A DNA stretch of 64,000 nt from Microcoleus sp. (GCA_042408215.1 JAYFMW010000006.1:448001-512000), one strand, 5' to 3'; numbered from the stretch's first letter, positions 1-10,921 are shown. Program-made: numbers and translations. Notes: generated by a model not told the origin, from the sequence alone.

Positions 1-188
1 CTGTCATAGTTCTCGATCGAGTTTGATGATTGTTCGGGCTACTAAAATCTTATAGTAGTTGGGAATTTTGTAAACAGCAAGTTTTCAATTTTTGAAGGAT
101 CTCTGTTTTCGCAGTTCTAAGTTTTTCATGTGTTTACCCAGGCCAGGAAACCAGCCCACAGGGCAAAGGTTCGCCAGCAGATTTGCTC

Positions 189-2564
189 TCACTCTTTTTG
201 GGGAGCTAGTTTACGGATGCTAGACGGTACTGGGGAAAAATTCAAATATTCATCATTTCCCTCCTCCAGAACTGGGGATGTGGATAATTTAGGCTTTCGG
301 CGTTTGATGACGTGATTCGCAACTGTGCCCACGCAAGGAATGCCAAAATTTTCTAATTGACTGAAAACTTTTTTGACTACCGAATACTTGACCTTACGAA
401 CTGCCACAGTTAACAATATTCCATCGGTGCGTGCTGCTAAAAAATTAGCATCTTTACAGTCAACAAGTGGGGGCGTATCGTAAATAACCAAGTCAAACAT
501 TGCGTGTAATTCTTCCATTAAATCCCTCATCTGAGATGAGGCAAGTCGTCTAGAAGTACCAGGCTTCGGAACGCCCGCAGTTAATACAAAAAGATCCTCT
601 GCTAAAGGCGATCGCTGGATAATTTCCTTGGGTTCTGTTTCCTTGTCAAGTAGGTTACTCAATCCCTTAAAGTTCGGCACTCCCAACAGCAAGTGCAGAC
701 TGGGATCGTGCAAATCCGCGTCTACTAGCAGCACTCGCTGACCGGCCATTGCTGCTAGGTGAGCTAAGTTTAAAGCTATTGTCGATTTGCCTTCGCCAAC
801 TGTCGCCGAAGCAACCGCCAAAGAGCCGATCGGTCGATTTGAAGAAAGAAAGCGGATGTTAGTATAAAGAGAATCAAAAGCTTCTATAAATTCCTTAGCA
901 TTTTTCTGCTGCTCCTTAGCATTTTTCTGCTGCCGCTTTTTTCCTTCCAGCGCAGCATAGGCGTTAGCAATAGAAGGGGGCAATTCTTTAGCATTTTTGT
1001 CAAGAGGAATTACTCCCAACAAAGGCACATCAACGCCATCTTTAACGTCGTCCGCACAGTAGAAAATATTACGGAACTTTTCGATGACGATCGCCAGCCC
1101 CAGACCCAACACTAGCCCCCCGACAACAGCCATCATTATTTTGTTTGTATTTTTAGAGGGAACAGGAATCAGGTGTCCCTTAAGGTCCCGCGGTATCTGG
1201 GGTTCAGAAATTATTTCCCAAGGTACTTGGCTTTGAGCAGCTTGTACCCGCAGCGTTTCCCGCTGAGTCAAAAGTTGGTCGCGCGTGCGGGCAGCTATAT
1301 CTAACTGCTGTTGCAGTTCGTTGTAGCGTCGCGCTACGCTGGGAAATTCTCTTGCTTTTCGGTTCAGGTCGTTTTTAGTCTGTAGCACTGCCTGACTGCG
1401 AGCCTCTAAAACCTGAACTTGGTTAGCAGTATCAACTAATTGTTTAATCAGGCCGATCCGAATCGAGTTTTGAAAATTCTGAACTTTAGCATTCGCTTGC
1501 GTGCCTACTAAATTTTGACCCAAAATTCGCTCAGTTTGCTTATTTAGTAACGCTATTAAATTTGCCCGCTTGCGTTCTAAAGCTTCCACTATCGGGTTAG
1601 CAGATTTAAAGCGAGCTGTTTCTACAGCAATCTGGCCTTCTACTTCCTTAACCTTTGTCAGCAACTCTTTGTATTGAGGTTCTTCACTTAAAGCCGACGC
1701 AGCAATAGCTTCATTGGGCGTAAAATCCAATTGTTTTTGCAAGTTAGCATAAAGCGTCTTCTGCTCCTGTAGCAGCCTTTGGGTGTCTAACTCTAAGGTT
1801 TCTATAGTGCGAACTTGCTGGATCAATTGCGCGCCTTGTTCTTTAGGATCGGTGATTTTTTGCTGCTGTTGTATAATCTGCAACTCTGACTTCAAGTCAT
1901 TGACGCGCTTGTTGAGTCCGGGAAGCTGGTCTTCAATAAATTTAACACCTTCACCAATGCGACTTTTGCGTTCGTCAAGGCTGTACTTTAAATATTTCTT
2001 TTTAGTTTCTTGTAAAACAATCTGAACTAATTTAGGGTCTGTCCCCATGTAGCGAACTTCCAAAATTTTAGTTCGATCCAGTTCAGTCATTCCGAGGCGC
2101 AACACGAGGAATCCTTTTTTAAGAATCTCCTCAGTAAATTTTGGCTCTCGTTTTTGGACTTGTTTAGCAATAGCCGACAGCATCTGAGGACTCTGGAGAA
2201 TTTCAAGTTGAGTAGGGTAGTCCAGGCTGAAAAAATCTCGACTTGGCACTACCCCTTCGCGACTGGTGAGGGCCGAGGGGTCGGCAATTCTTGCCTCGGT
2301 GGTGACGGGTTCCACTAGCATCCGAAAATCACCTTGATAGGTTTTCTTGCCACCCTTGATCTGATACACTACTCCACCGCCGACTAGACCTATAATGCCC
2401 ACAATGATTAGGGCTTTTCGCTGAAAAGTCCTCAACAGCGGACCCAGATTCAGTGCTTTCGGAGGCGGGCCGTTTGACTCGTCTGCCTCCTCGGCAGGGA
2501 ATTGCTGCACTTGTCTGCTCTGGTTGCTAATTGGTACAAGATGAGCGTCCTGTTCTGTTTCCAT
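189..2564 (-). CDS. GumC/Wzc-family polysaccharide co-polymerase with BY-kinase domain
   Basis: Two TM segments flank a coiled-coil region. The C-terminal domain has Walker A (GEGKST), A' (LVDAD) and B (IYDTPP). Glycosyltransferases lie nearby. Confidence 0.9.
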   Translation of the reverse strand: METEQDAHLVPISNQSRQVQQFPAEEADESNGPPPKALNLGPLLRTFQRKALIIVGIIGLVGGGVVYQIKGGKKTYQGDFRMLVEPVTTEARIADPSALTSREGVVPSRDFFSLDYPTQLEILQSPQMLSAIAKQVQKREPKFTEEILKKGFLVLRLGMTELDRTKILEVRYMGTDPKLVQIVLQETKKKYLKYSLDERKSRIGEGVKFIEDQLPGLNKRVNDLKSELQIIQQQQKITDPKEQGAQLIQQVRTIETLELDTQRLLQEQKTLYANLQKQLDFTPNEAIAASALSEEPQYKELLTKVKEVEGQIAVETARFKSANPIVEALERKRANLIALLNKQTERILGQNLVGTQANAKVQNFQNSIRIGLIKQLVDTANQVQVLEARSQAVLQTKNDLNRKAREFPSVARRYNELQQQLDIAARTRDQLLTQRETLRVQAAQSQVPWEIISEPQIPRDLKGHLIPVPSKNTNKIMMAVVGGLVLGLGLAIVIEKFRNIFYCADDVKDGVDVPLLGVIPLDKNAKELPPSIANAYAALEGKKRQQKNAKEQQKNAKEFIEAFDSLYTNIRFLSSNRPIGSLAVASATVGEGKSTIALNLAHLAAMAGQRVLLVDADLHDPSLHLLLGVPNFKGLSNLLDKETEPKEIIQRSPLAEDLFVLTAGVPKPGTSRRLASSQMRDLMEELHAMFDLVIYDTPPLVDCKDANFLAARTDGILLTVAVRKVKYSVVKKVFSQLENFGIPCVGTVANHVIKRRKPKLSTSPVLEEGNDEYLNFSPVPSSIRKLAPQKE

Positions 2565-3533
2565 GTTGACCTCTTTTTTAAAGTTTGCTAAAATCCGCTC
2601 TCTTATGGGATGCTTCTGATTGACACCTTCACCCTTAGTTTAACAATATCACAGGAGATTCTGGGTTGGTCGATTCAAGTTATTTTTAATAGTATTTAAT
2701 AATCATACACCTACTCAATTATTATTTTATGAGGATTTGTAAGTTGTTATTCTGCTTGTATAAGATTATACAACATCGTTGAACTGCTTGGCTATCCACC
2801 CGTTAGCGAACAGTTTTATACATATATTTAAACATATTTATACAGCGATTGACATCGGTCTTTATTAATAGACTAGACTGAGTTCTAAATAAATCCAATC
2901 AATTTTTGATAAAATTTGCTAACCCTCTTTTAGCGATCGACTTTTTCCCCGGAGCTGCTACGCATATAAATTTCTGGCGCAGGGGCGCAGGGGGCGGGAG
3001 CGGGGAGGGGAGGGGGGAGGATTTGACACTTTTTCCACGGATGAGAAAGATGAAGAGAGAAATGGGCGACAGCTTAGCTGCACGGCTGCTTGAACTGAGA
3101 TAGATGCTCCATTGTTTATTATATCACAAACTACTCTCAATCGTTAGGAAATGACATAAAACTTAATTCGTCAAAATTAAATCTTTGACTGCGTACAACC
3201 ATCTCAAATTCTTAGGCGTTACGGTTTATACCAACTTGCACAGAATATACTGCCACTCATGACAGATTGCTATATCTGGTAGATTAGGCTCAAAAAAGAG
3301 CGATTTTGTCCCGTTGAGAAGTTCCCGGCTGTTGAAAGAGAGCGATTTTTTGTTCCCCTGTTTTGTCTCCTCTGTTAGGGTGACTTAAGGGCCGATCAAA
3401 GATCATTAGCCAAATGGCTAATGATTTATTGGCTAATTGGCCCAATCAGCAAGTCGCTAATTTTACTATGCTAAAGTTAATCAGGCTTTAGTTAGGCTTC
3501 AGTATATATATTGTCATCTGTTATCTAAGTATC

Positions 3534-4880
3534 ATGCTCAAAATTTTGGTAATTGAGGACGACGAATTAATCCGGGAAACTCTTCTGCAACTCCTGGAAT
3601 CTCACAGCTATCGGGTCATTGTGGCTCAAAACGGTCGAGTAGGGGTGCAGATGGCACTCTCGGAGATTCCCGATTTAATTTTGTGCGACGTGCAGATGCC
3701 GGAACAGGACGGTTATGAGGTGTTACGGACGCTGCGGCAAAACTCCCTAGCTGCAACAATTCCATTTATTTTTCTCACGGCTCAAGGTGGGAAAGCGGAT
3801 TTTCGCCGGGGGATGGAATTGGGTGCTGACGATTACCTGACGAAGCCGTTTACTAAGGCAGAATTGTTGGGAGCGATCGCCTCTCGCCTCTCGAAACGGC
3901 AAACTATTACTCAACCGCTGATTGTCGCACTCCAGCAAGCAGAAGCCAGACTTAAGGATTTAGCGAACGACTCGACAACTACGAACGCTGTCTCCCCTGA
4001 AAAGTTAGCCTTGGAAGCTTTGCTACGCCACGCTTTGGCACAAGGTGAGTTTCAGGTATACTATCAGCCGCAGGTGGATATTGCTACCGGACAAATTATC
4101 GGTGCAGAAGCTTTGGTGCGCTGGCAAAATCCCGAGCGAGGGATAATTTCTCCCGTAGAATTTATTCCCCTAGCAGAAGAAACAGGGTTGATTATTCCTC
4201 TGGGCGAGTGGGTACTGCTTTCAGCTTGCGCTCAAACCGCTAGTTGGCTGGCTGCTGGGTTTTCGCCGTTTAAGATCTCAGTAAATTTGTCGGCCCGGCA
4301 GTTGTCCGACCCGGATCTCAAGGCGCGAATTGTCCAAATATTAGAAACAACGGGTTTGGAGCCTGCTAATTTAGAATTAGAAATGACTGAAAGCGCTGTG
4401 GTGGAAAATGCTACTGTCGCAGGCGCTACTTTAAATGAACTTAAAGCTCTAGGAATTCGGATTGCTGTTGACGACTTCGGTACTGGTTATGCTACTTTAG
4501 GGTATCTCAAGCAATTTGCTTTTGACAGTTTAAAGATCGATCGAATTTTTGTCCGCAAAGCTAACGAAGATGCTCAAAATGCGGCTATTACTACTGCGGT
4601 AATTTTACTGGGGCACAGTTTGAATATGACAGTGGTTGCTGAGGGGGTAGAAACAGAAGCGGAATTAGCTTTTTTGAAGGAGCAACAGTGCGATATCATG
4701 CAGGGGTATCTGTTCAGCCCTCCCCAACCTGCACCAATATTTGAAAGTTTGTTGGTTGCAAATAATAGTTTGTTCGGGCAGGAGTTGGCGACAGTATCTA
4801 CTGGAGTTGTTCCTTTTGTGCCTCTATCCGATCGACAAAAATCTAAAAATTTCTCTATCTCAGGTTTGGAAGTAGTTTGA
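3534..4880 (+). CDS. Response regulator with EAL c-di-GMP phosphodiesterase output (REC-EAL)
   Basis: N-terminal receiver (IEDD, CDVQMP, YLTKP). EAL motifs AEAL, DDFGTGY, EGVE and QGY are present. There is no GGDEF domain. Confidence 0.92.
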   Translation: MLKILVIEDDELIRETLLQLLESHSYRVIVAQNGRVGVQMALSEIPDLILCDVQMPEQDGYEVLRTLRQNSLAATIPFIFLTAQGGKADFRRGMELGADDYLTKPFTKAELLGAIASRLSKRQTITQPLIVALQQAEARLKDLANDSTTTNAVSPEKLALEALLRHALAQGEFQVYYQPQVDIATGQIIGAEALVRWQNPERGIISPVEFIPLAEETGLIIPLGEWVLLSACAQTASWLAAGFSPFKISVNLSARQLSDPDLKARIVQILETTGLEPANLELEMTESAVVENATVAGATLNELKALGIRIAVDDFGTGYATLGYLKQFAFDSLKIDRIFVRKANEDAQNAAITTAVILLGHSLNMTVVAEGVETEAELAFLKEQQCDIMQGYLFSPPQPAPIFESLLVANNSLFGQELATVSTGVVPFVPLSDRQKSKNFSISGLEVV

Positions 4881-5085
4881 CTGTTACCAAGATTTCTTGA
4901 TAATACAACGAAATTGGTGATTCTAACTTCTATTTCTGCCTCAAGGCCTGCGCTTGCTGGAGTAAAAAGTTGTCGCTGTTTTGGAGAGAGGAATAAAAGC
5001 AGGCGATTTTACCCGGAGCTTCTTCAATTACATCCAATTTTGTGGGTTCTGGGCGCGGCATGGGACTTTTAGGGAATTGTGGCGT

Positions 5086-6435
5086 TGTAAATTACCCAGC
5101 ACTAACCTGAGTACAGGTACTGTGTGGGCTTTCAATAGCCCGCTCGATGATCTTGCACATTGCAAAACAATCTCGAACCTTCGGGTTTATTTACGGAAAC
5201 ACCAAGAGCAGCAATATTCTTACTGCCGTTCAAATCAGCATCACCTTTCCAGCCACAATGACCACAAGCAAACCTTTTACCATTTCTATAGGATTCACCC
5301 CGTACAGGATGGATCTGGTTGCACTTGTGGCACATTTGGCTAGTGTATCTAGGCTCAACAAACAAAATCTTGACGCTATGTTTTATGGCTTTTTAGATCG
5401 GGAATTGGCGCAACTGAAAAAACGCCCAGCTATTGCTAAGTCTCCGTTCTTTTTTTGAGCGTGGCTGCTGATTTGTGCGCTCCCTAATTCCCGTCAATTC
5501 TTCCAAAGCGACAACTTGATTTTTGTTTTTAGCCTGAGTTACGATATGGTGACTGATAGTGTGATTTACCAATGTCTGAAAGCGCTTTTCCTGGCCCGAC
5601 AACAGTTTCAACAACTCTCGACATCTGCGCCGAGTGCTGCGCGTGCCTTTCGTAGCTTTTCGCTGGATATTTGCTCTCAACTTGGCATAATGATTTCTAA
5701 CTTTGGTAATTTCTTTGCCGCTAAATGTATCTCCATCAGAAGTAACTGCAATATCAGTCCTACCCAAGTCACAACCCAAAACTCGATCGCAAGGTGGTGG
5801 CTCGGCTGGCTGAGATTCAAGCTGAATATTTAGATAGTAACTACCATCTTTGCGCTTGCACAAAGTAGCAGTCTTGGGATTTTGACCTTTCAGTAATCCA
5901 AGTTGGTAGTTACCGATCGCCAATACAAACCGTTCTCTACCACCAGTAGTAGTCAGACTTACCGTCCAATCTTTTTCCCTGAAATCAAAAATACGGGTAT
6001 CGTAAGTGACGCTAGTAGGAGCAAAGCTGCTGACTGGCGAACCACCTTTTTTAGCTGTTTTTCTGTTACCAGAAACCCGTCTAATAGCATGGATTGCCAA
6101 TTGCGCCGAAAGTCCAAACAGAGCTCTGACGTTGTGATCTACCAAGGATTGCATCGCCAATTCATTTGTCAGAGTTGGCGGCACAGTTTGATTCACATAT
6201 TCACAAGCATTAGCGAACGCCTGAAGGGTTGCATCAATTTTGATGGACTGTTCAGGCGTTACTTGGAGCTTGCAAGATACTGTCAGGACTTGTTTCATGA
6301 CATAATTGTATCACGCTTTGAATAAATTCTGTCTGCGTTTATAGACAATTTGTTTAGCTCTTGAGCCTCACGCGCATTCCTCCCGTCACTCAATGTCGTA
6401 CCGTTAGAGTGCGGGACTCCTGCTGTTTTAGTTGA
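5086..6435 (-). mobile_element. tnpB-only IS200/IS605-superfamily element (ends approximate)
   Basis: tnpB is flanked by imperfect hairpins at about 5095-5131 and 6379-6416. No tnpA is present. Confidence 0.7.
5132..6298 (-). pseudogene. tnpB: RNA-guided endonuclease TnpB with premature in-frame stop
   Basis: ORFs 5393..6298 and 5132..5365 are in the same frame, separated by TAA at 5393-5395 (QLRQFPI*KA). RuvC motifs GCDLG, ALEEL and ADLNG and the Zn finger (CHKC/CGHC) are present. Confidence 0.88.
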
Positions 6436-6464
6436 AATTCGGAGCTTCGATCGAGTTGCAGCAG

Positions 6465-7806
6465 TTGACACTCCCTGGCGTAAACGCGCAGGGATTCTTT
6501 ATTCTACGAGCTAACTTGCAATGACCGGATTTCTCCAACCAAAGTAGAGGTTAATTCTCCTAAAGCGTTGCTCGGCTCTAGTCCGAAAGTGACCGTATCC
6601 CTACCGTACTCAATCCTCGACTTAAGATGTTTCTAGCTGCGTTTTCATCTCTATCCATCGCACAACCACATTGACAAATGTGGGTGCGAGTGGATAGCGT
6701 TTTTTTCACAATTTCACCACAGTTAGAGCATTCTTGGCTGGTATATGCTGGGTTGACAGCAACCGTGACTCTTTCAAATACTTTGCCAAAGTATTCAAGC
6801 CAGAGCCGGAACTGATACCAAGAAGCGTCGTTAATCGACTTAGCTAGACAGTGATTTTTCACCATATTTTTGATCCTCAAATTTTCCTAAGCTATCAAGT
6901 CGTTTGACGCTCTCTACGCACCGTGCTAATTTCACAGCATGGTCTTTACGTTTCCTACTTATTTTGAGATGGCGCTTACCTAAAATCAGCCTAGCTTTGC
7001 CTCGGTTTTTTGAACCTTTTACTTTTCTTGATAAGCGACGCTGACAAAGCTTCAGAACTTTTTCGCCTGCTCTGAGGAACTTGGGATTTTCAACCATTAC
7101 TCCATTTGAATCGGTGTAATATTCCTTCAATCCAACGTCTAAGCCAATGGTATTGCCATTCGGTTCTATGTTTTCTGTTCGGTCAAGGTCAACGCAAAAT
7201 TGAACGTATACACCGTCTGCTCGTCTTACCAATCTCACCCGTTTGATTTGGCTAATTTGGTAGAAATGCAAATCGCGAGTACCTTTCAATTTAAGTTTTC
7301 CAATCCCTTTTTTCTCGCGAAAGGTTATAGACTTCCTATCTTCAGCGAGTTTCCATCCGCTAGTTTTATACTCGACAGAACGACAATTTTTTTGAAACTG
7401 CGGATACCCTTTTTTGCCGGGAGTTTTCTTTTTACAGTTGTCGTAAAATCGAGAGATGGCAGACCAAGCTCGTTCGGCACTAGGCAAGTCTCGGCTTGAG
7501 AGTTGAGTGCGTCAGCAAATGGAAATTCATGAGCCAGTACGGCACAGTATTTTTGCAAGTCGTACTGCCCAATCTTTTGATTATCCATCCACAGCCGAAT
7601 ACAGGTATTGCGGACAAATTGCGCTGTACGAATTGCTTCATCTACTGCTACAAATTGACTCTTATTTCCGTAGGCCTTAAACTCAAAAACTAGCATTGTT
7701 TGACCTCCCACATTATATTACTCCAGCAGATATAATATTTTCCTATATCTTTGCAAAGCTTTACAAAGCCGTCCTAGAAGGACGGGGCTTTAGACCCAGT
7801 TTTTCG
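6465..7806 (-). mobile_element. IS200/IS605-family (IS1341-type, tnpB-only) element, decayed
   Basis: The left-end hairpin GGGTCTAAAGCCCCGTCCTTCTAGGACGGCTTT is preceded by TTAC. The right-end hairpin ends ...GGGAGTGTCAA. Both ends match the element at 19818-21156. Confidence 0.88.
6504..7696 (-). pseudogene. tnpB: TnpB, frameshifted
   Basis: Three ORF pieces align to intact TnpB 19857..21047, with frameshifts near 7490, 6910 and 6595. Confidence 0.9.
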
Positions 7807-7880
7807 GTAAACTCATAAAAGTTCCTATTTGAGGAGCAGCAGTTTCAAGAACTGTCTACGCGAATTGGTGCAAGGCTGGC

Positions 7881-8552
7881 ATGGAAAGAATATTGGTTGT
7901 TGACGATGAAGCAGACTGTCAAACAGTCTTGGCAATGTACTTGGAAAGCCAAGGATACCGGGTTGAATGCGCTAATTCGGGTATTGAGGCACTCTCGATT
8001 TTTGAGAATGACCCCCCTGATTTGGTAATTTCGGATGTCATGATGCCCGATATGGACGGGTTTGAGTTTTGCCGTCGTTTGCGAACTAGCCGTTTAGGAC
8101 AGTTGATACCGTTTATATTTTTGTCTGGTCAAGGGGAGCTAGAATCGAAAGTTGAAGGTCATTCGATCGGAGCTGACGATTATCTGGTCAAACCGTTTCA
8201 GTCCCAGGAAATATTAGCTAAGGTGAAAGCGCAGTTGGAGCGCTCTCATCGCATTCACGCTGAGATTGTCCGACTGCTGCAAAATTCTACGGCGCTGGCG
8301 GTGGAGCCAAAAGTTTTGGCAGTAGTGCCAGCACCTCCACCTTTGCTTTTAACGCCAGCGGAGGAAAGAGTTTTTTGGGAAGTTATTCAGGGGTATACTA
8401 ACAAACAAATTAGCGATCGACTGTTTATTAGCCCCCGGACTGTGCAAGCTCATTTGGGTAGCATTTTCAGCAAGTTACAGTTGGACAATCGCACCCAGCT
8501 TGTAAGATTTGCCTTGGAGAGAGGGTACAAACCCCCTCAAACTTCGCTGTGA
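7881..8552 (+). CDS. Response regulator transcription factor (REC + LuxR-type HTH)
   Basis: Receiver domain (VDDE, SDVMMP, YLVKP) followed by the LTPAE...GYTNKQISDRLFISPRTVQAH HTH. Confidence 0.92.
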   Translation: MERILVVDDEADCQTVLAMYLESQGYRVECANSGIEALSIFENDPPDLVISDVMMPDMDGFEFCRRLRTSRLGQLIPFIFLSGQGELESKVEGHSIGADDYLVKPFQSQEILAKVKAQLERSHRIHAEIVRLLQNSTALAVEPKVLAVVPAPPPLLLTPAEERVFWEVIQGYTNKQISDRLFISPRTVQAHLGSIFSKLQLDNRTQLVRFALERGYKPPQTSL

Positions 8553-9016
8553 AATCAGCTCGATCAAGAGTGAGTAATTCTCAAATCTCAAATCTCAAAT
8601 CGGCTGACTTGAGCGCTCAATTTTTTGTTTTGTTAACTATGTTGTCAAGATGGTTGACAAAAGATGAAAAATGCCGGCGTTGATAGCTATTAGATCAAAA
8701 CTATAAATGTCAGAAGTTCCCGGTTTGATGTTTGAATGTCAAATTTTGCCCAGGGACGATCGTACTTCTACTGAATGTTGTTACCGATACTACCTTTCAA
8801 GAGCGCAGTCGATGTTGGGTGCTTTCTGGTTGGCCGCACATACCCCCAAGTATGGCATGGCAAAGTGCTATTATGTTAGACAGGAAGCATTGTCGGTTTG
8901 GTGTTTTCCCCGACCAAAGCTCCTGTTTTCTGAGGCATAAGTCTTAAGCAGGAACTTTCGCCACAATCAATAATTCCCTCTACAGAAACTGTCTCGCCCT
9001 AACATCTATGATTCTC

Positions 9017-9355
9017 ATAAAATTGGGTTTAAAACCCCGTTCTTTTAGGAAGGCTTTGTGTTAGAATATTGAAATACTCAAGAGCTCTCTAGGCTCAAGA
9101 CAGGTTGAAACAGCTACGATGAGAGCCAACTTAGGGACAGCCAAAAGGGCAATGGTTGACTCCAACCCGGAAGCAAGAGTTTAAAGTCAACGCTTCGACT
9201 ACGCTCAGCGCACCGCCCAGGGCATTGGGAGACTCTAAACGGACAGGGACTGAAGGTAAGACTACGACCGGAGCATCAGCCCGATGAACTGTCAAGAATC
9301 ATACTTCGACAAGCGATCGCAACCACCGCAGTTTTTAGGGCGGTGAGTATGTCAA
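9017..9355 (+). mobile_element. Non-coding IS200/IS605-derived mini-element retaining both ends and an omegaRNA-like segment
   Basis: Left end GGGTTTAAAACCCCGTTCTTTTAGGAAGGCTTT resembles the left ends of the two tnpB elements. The right end is GAATC...GGCGGTGAGTATGTCAA. There is no ORF. Confidence 0.75.
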
Positions 9356-9510
9356 TAAGCCAATGACAGCGAAGTTGTTGCCGATAACTACTGGGGTGTT
9401 TTAAACAGTCGCTAAGCTTGATTCTATGTACACACCAGGAAAGCGGTAATTAACATTCACCAGCCCCCTTTCCTGTAGGACTCTAGCATCAGCGCTTTGG
9501 GTGCCGTCAA

Positions 9511-9618
9511 GAGGTTTCCTTGGCTCCTCCGAGCGTAGACACCAAGCTATTTTACGCGCCCAAGCGCCACAAACAATCGATTCCTACAGTTGGGATGTAT
9601 TACTCCGAAGTTTACTGG
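9511..9618 (+). pseudogene. Internal fragment of a GT4 glycosyltransferase paralog
   Basis: Translates EVSLAPPSVDTKLFYAPKRHKQSIPTVGMYYSEVYW, versus DVSLVPPSVNTEQFCSSPRGKQSVPTVGMYYTTTPW in 9821..10921. Bounded by stops with no ATG start. Confidence 0.8.
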
Positions 9619-9820
9619 GTGGCGCGAGTGCAAGGGAGGCTTTAATCCTGACCCTGTAACGGGTTCTATAAGTAGGAGCGCCTAATTAAACGCCGTTATG
9701 TAAATTATTATAAATTCTGCCAAATTGGCAACCTAGTCTGTTTGCACGGGTTTTTAATGATTTTAGATAGCCAGATTTATTTGCGTCTGCCTAGGCTGTG
9801 TCAAACTTCCGGAGCAATAC

Positions 9821-10921
9821 ATGAACATTACTTTTGTTCTTCCCGCCCCTAGTCTTGCAGGTGGAATTAGGGTGTTATCTATATACACAAAACTTCTCCA
9901 ACAGCGAGGACACAAAATAATGATTGTGTGTACACCCTTACAACGTCCGCATTTGATCCAACAATTGCGATCGCTACTGAGGGGTAGGGGTTGGGAGTCC
10001 GCTCCTCAGAAGATGCCGTCTCACTTTGATAACGTAGATGTCGGACTCCAATTTCTGGAAAAGTTTCGTCCAATTGCCGACGGGGACGTACCTGATGCTG
10101 ATGTTATTATAGCTACTTGGTGGGAAACTGCCGAGTGGGTGGCAAAACTCTCTCCTAGGAAAGGAGCGAAAGTATATTTCCTCCAACACTACGAGGCTTT
10201 TAGCTATATACCCAAAGGTCGAGTAGAGGCAACTTGGTCGCTACCGATGCACAAAATCCCTGTTGCCCAGTGGCTGGCTGATATAGCTCGCGATGAATAT
10301 AATGATCCGGATGTATCCCTCGTTCCTCCCAGCGTGAACACCGAACAGTTTTGCTCCTCGCCGCGAGGCAAGCAGTCGGTTCCTACAGTTGGGATGTACT
10401 ATACTACAACTCCTTGGAAAGGCAGCGACATCGCTCTGAAAGCTTTCTCGCTAGCTGCTGCCAAAATTCCTAACCTTCGTTTAGTTGCCTTTGGTGCAGG
10501 CGCACCGGCTCCTGCAAATTGGCCCAATGGTGCTGAATACAATGGGGTACCGACTCAAGAGGAAATTAAAGAGTTTTACAGTAAATGCGATGCGTGGCTG
10601 TTTTCCAGCAGGTCAGAAGGCTTCGGTCTGCCAATTTTGGAGGCAATGGCTTGTCGCACTCCAGTCATCGGTACTCCTGTGGGTGCTGCTCCGCAACTGC
10701 TGGCTAGTGGTGGGGGGATACTTGTCAAGCCGGAAGACCCTGTTGACATGGCTAAAGCGATCGAATATATTTGTCAGTTGTCAGATGCCGAATGGCGGGT
10801 CATGTCTGACGCTGCTTTGGCCGAGGTAAAAAGTTATACTTGGGACGATGCAGCTAATCTGTTTGAGGCTGCACTATACACGGCTATAGAACGTCAGTCG
10901 AAATTAAGAGATCGGGTATAA
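9821..10921 (+). CDS. Glycosyltransferase family 4
   Basis: SRSEGFGLPILEAMACRTPVI (EX7E motif) and an N-terminal GG motif. Confidence 0.92.
   Translation: MNITFVLPAPSLAGGIRVLSIYTKLLQQRGHKIMIVCTPLQRPHLIQQLRSLLRGRGWESAPQKMPSHFDNVDVGLQFLEKFRPIADGDVPDADVIIATWWETAEWVAKLSPRKGAKVYFLQHYEAFSYIPKGRVEATWSLPMHKIPVAQWLADIARDEYNDPDVSLVPPSVNTEQFCSSPRGKQSVPTVGMYYTTTPWKGSDIALKAFSLAAAKIPNLRLVAFGAGAPAPANWPNGAEYNGVPTQEEIKEFYSKCDAWLFSSRSEGFGLPILEAMACRTPVIGTPVGAAPQLLASGGGILVKPEDPVDMAKAIEYICQLSDAEWRVMSDAALAEVKSYTWDDAANLFEAALYTAIERQSKLRDRV

Noticed and set aside
5132..7696. Catalytically dead, domesticated TnpB (TldR-like regulators)
   Set aside because: The catalytic residues are retained. The lesions are a nonsense codon and frameshifts, which is ordinary decay.
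9511..10417. Diversity-generating retroelement TR/VR pair
   Set aside because: Mismatches occur at all four bases rather than only at adenines, and there is no reverse transcriptase in the window.
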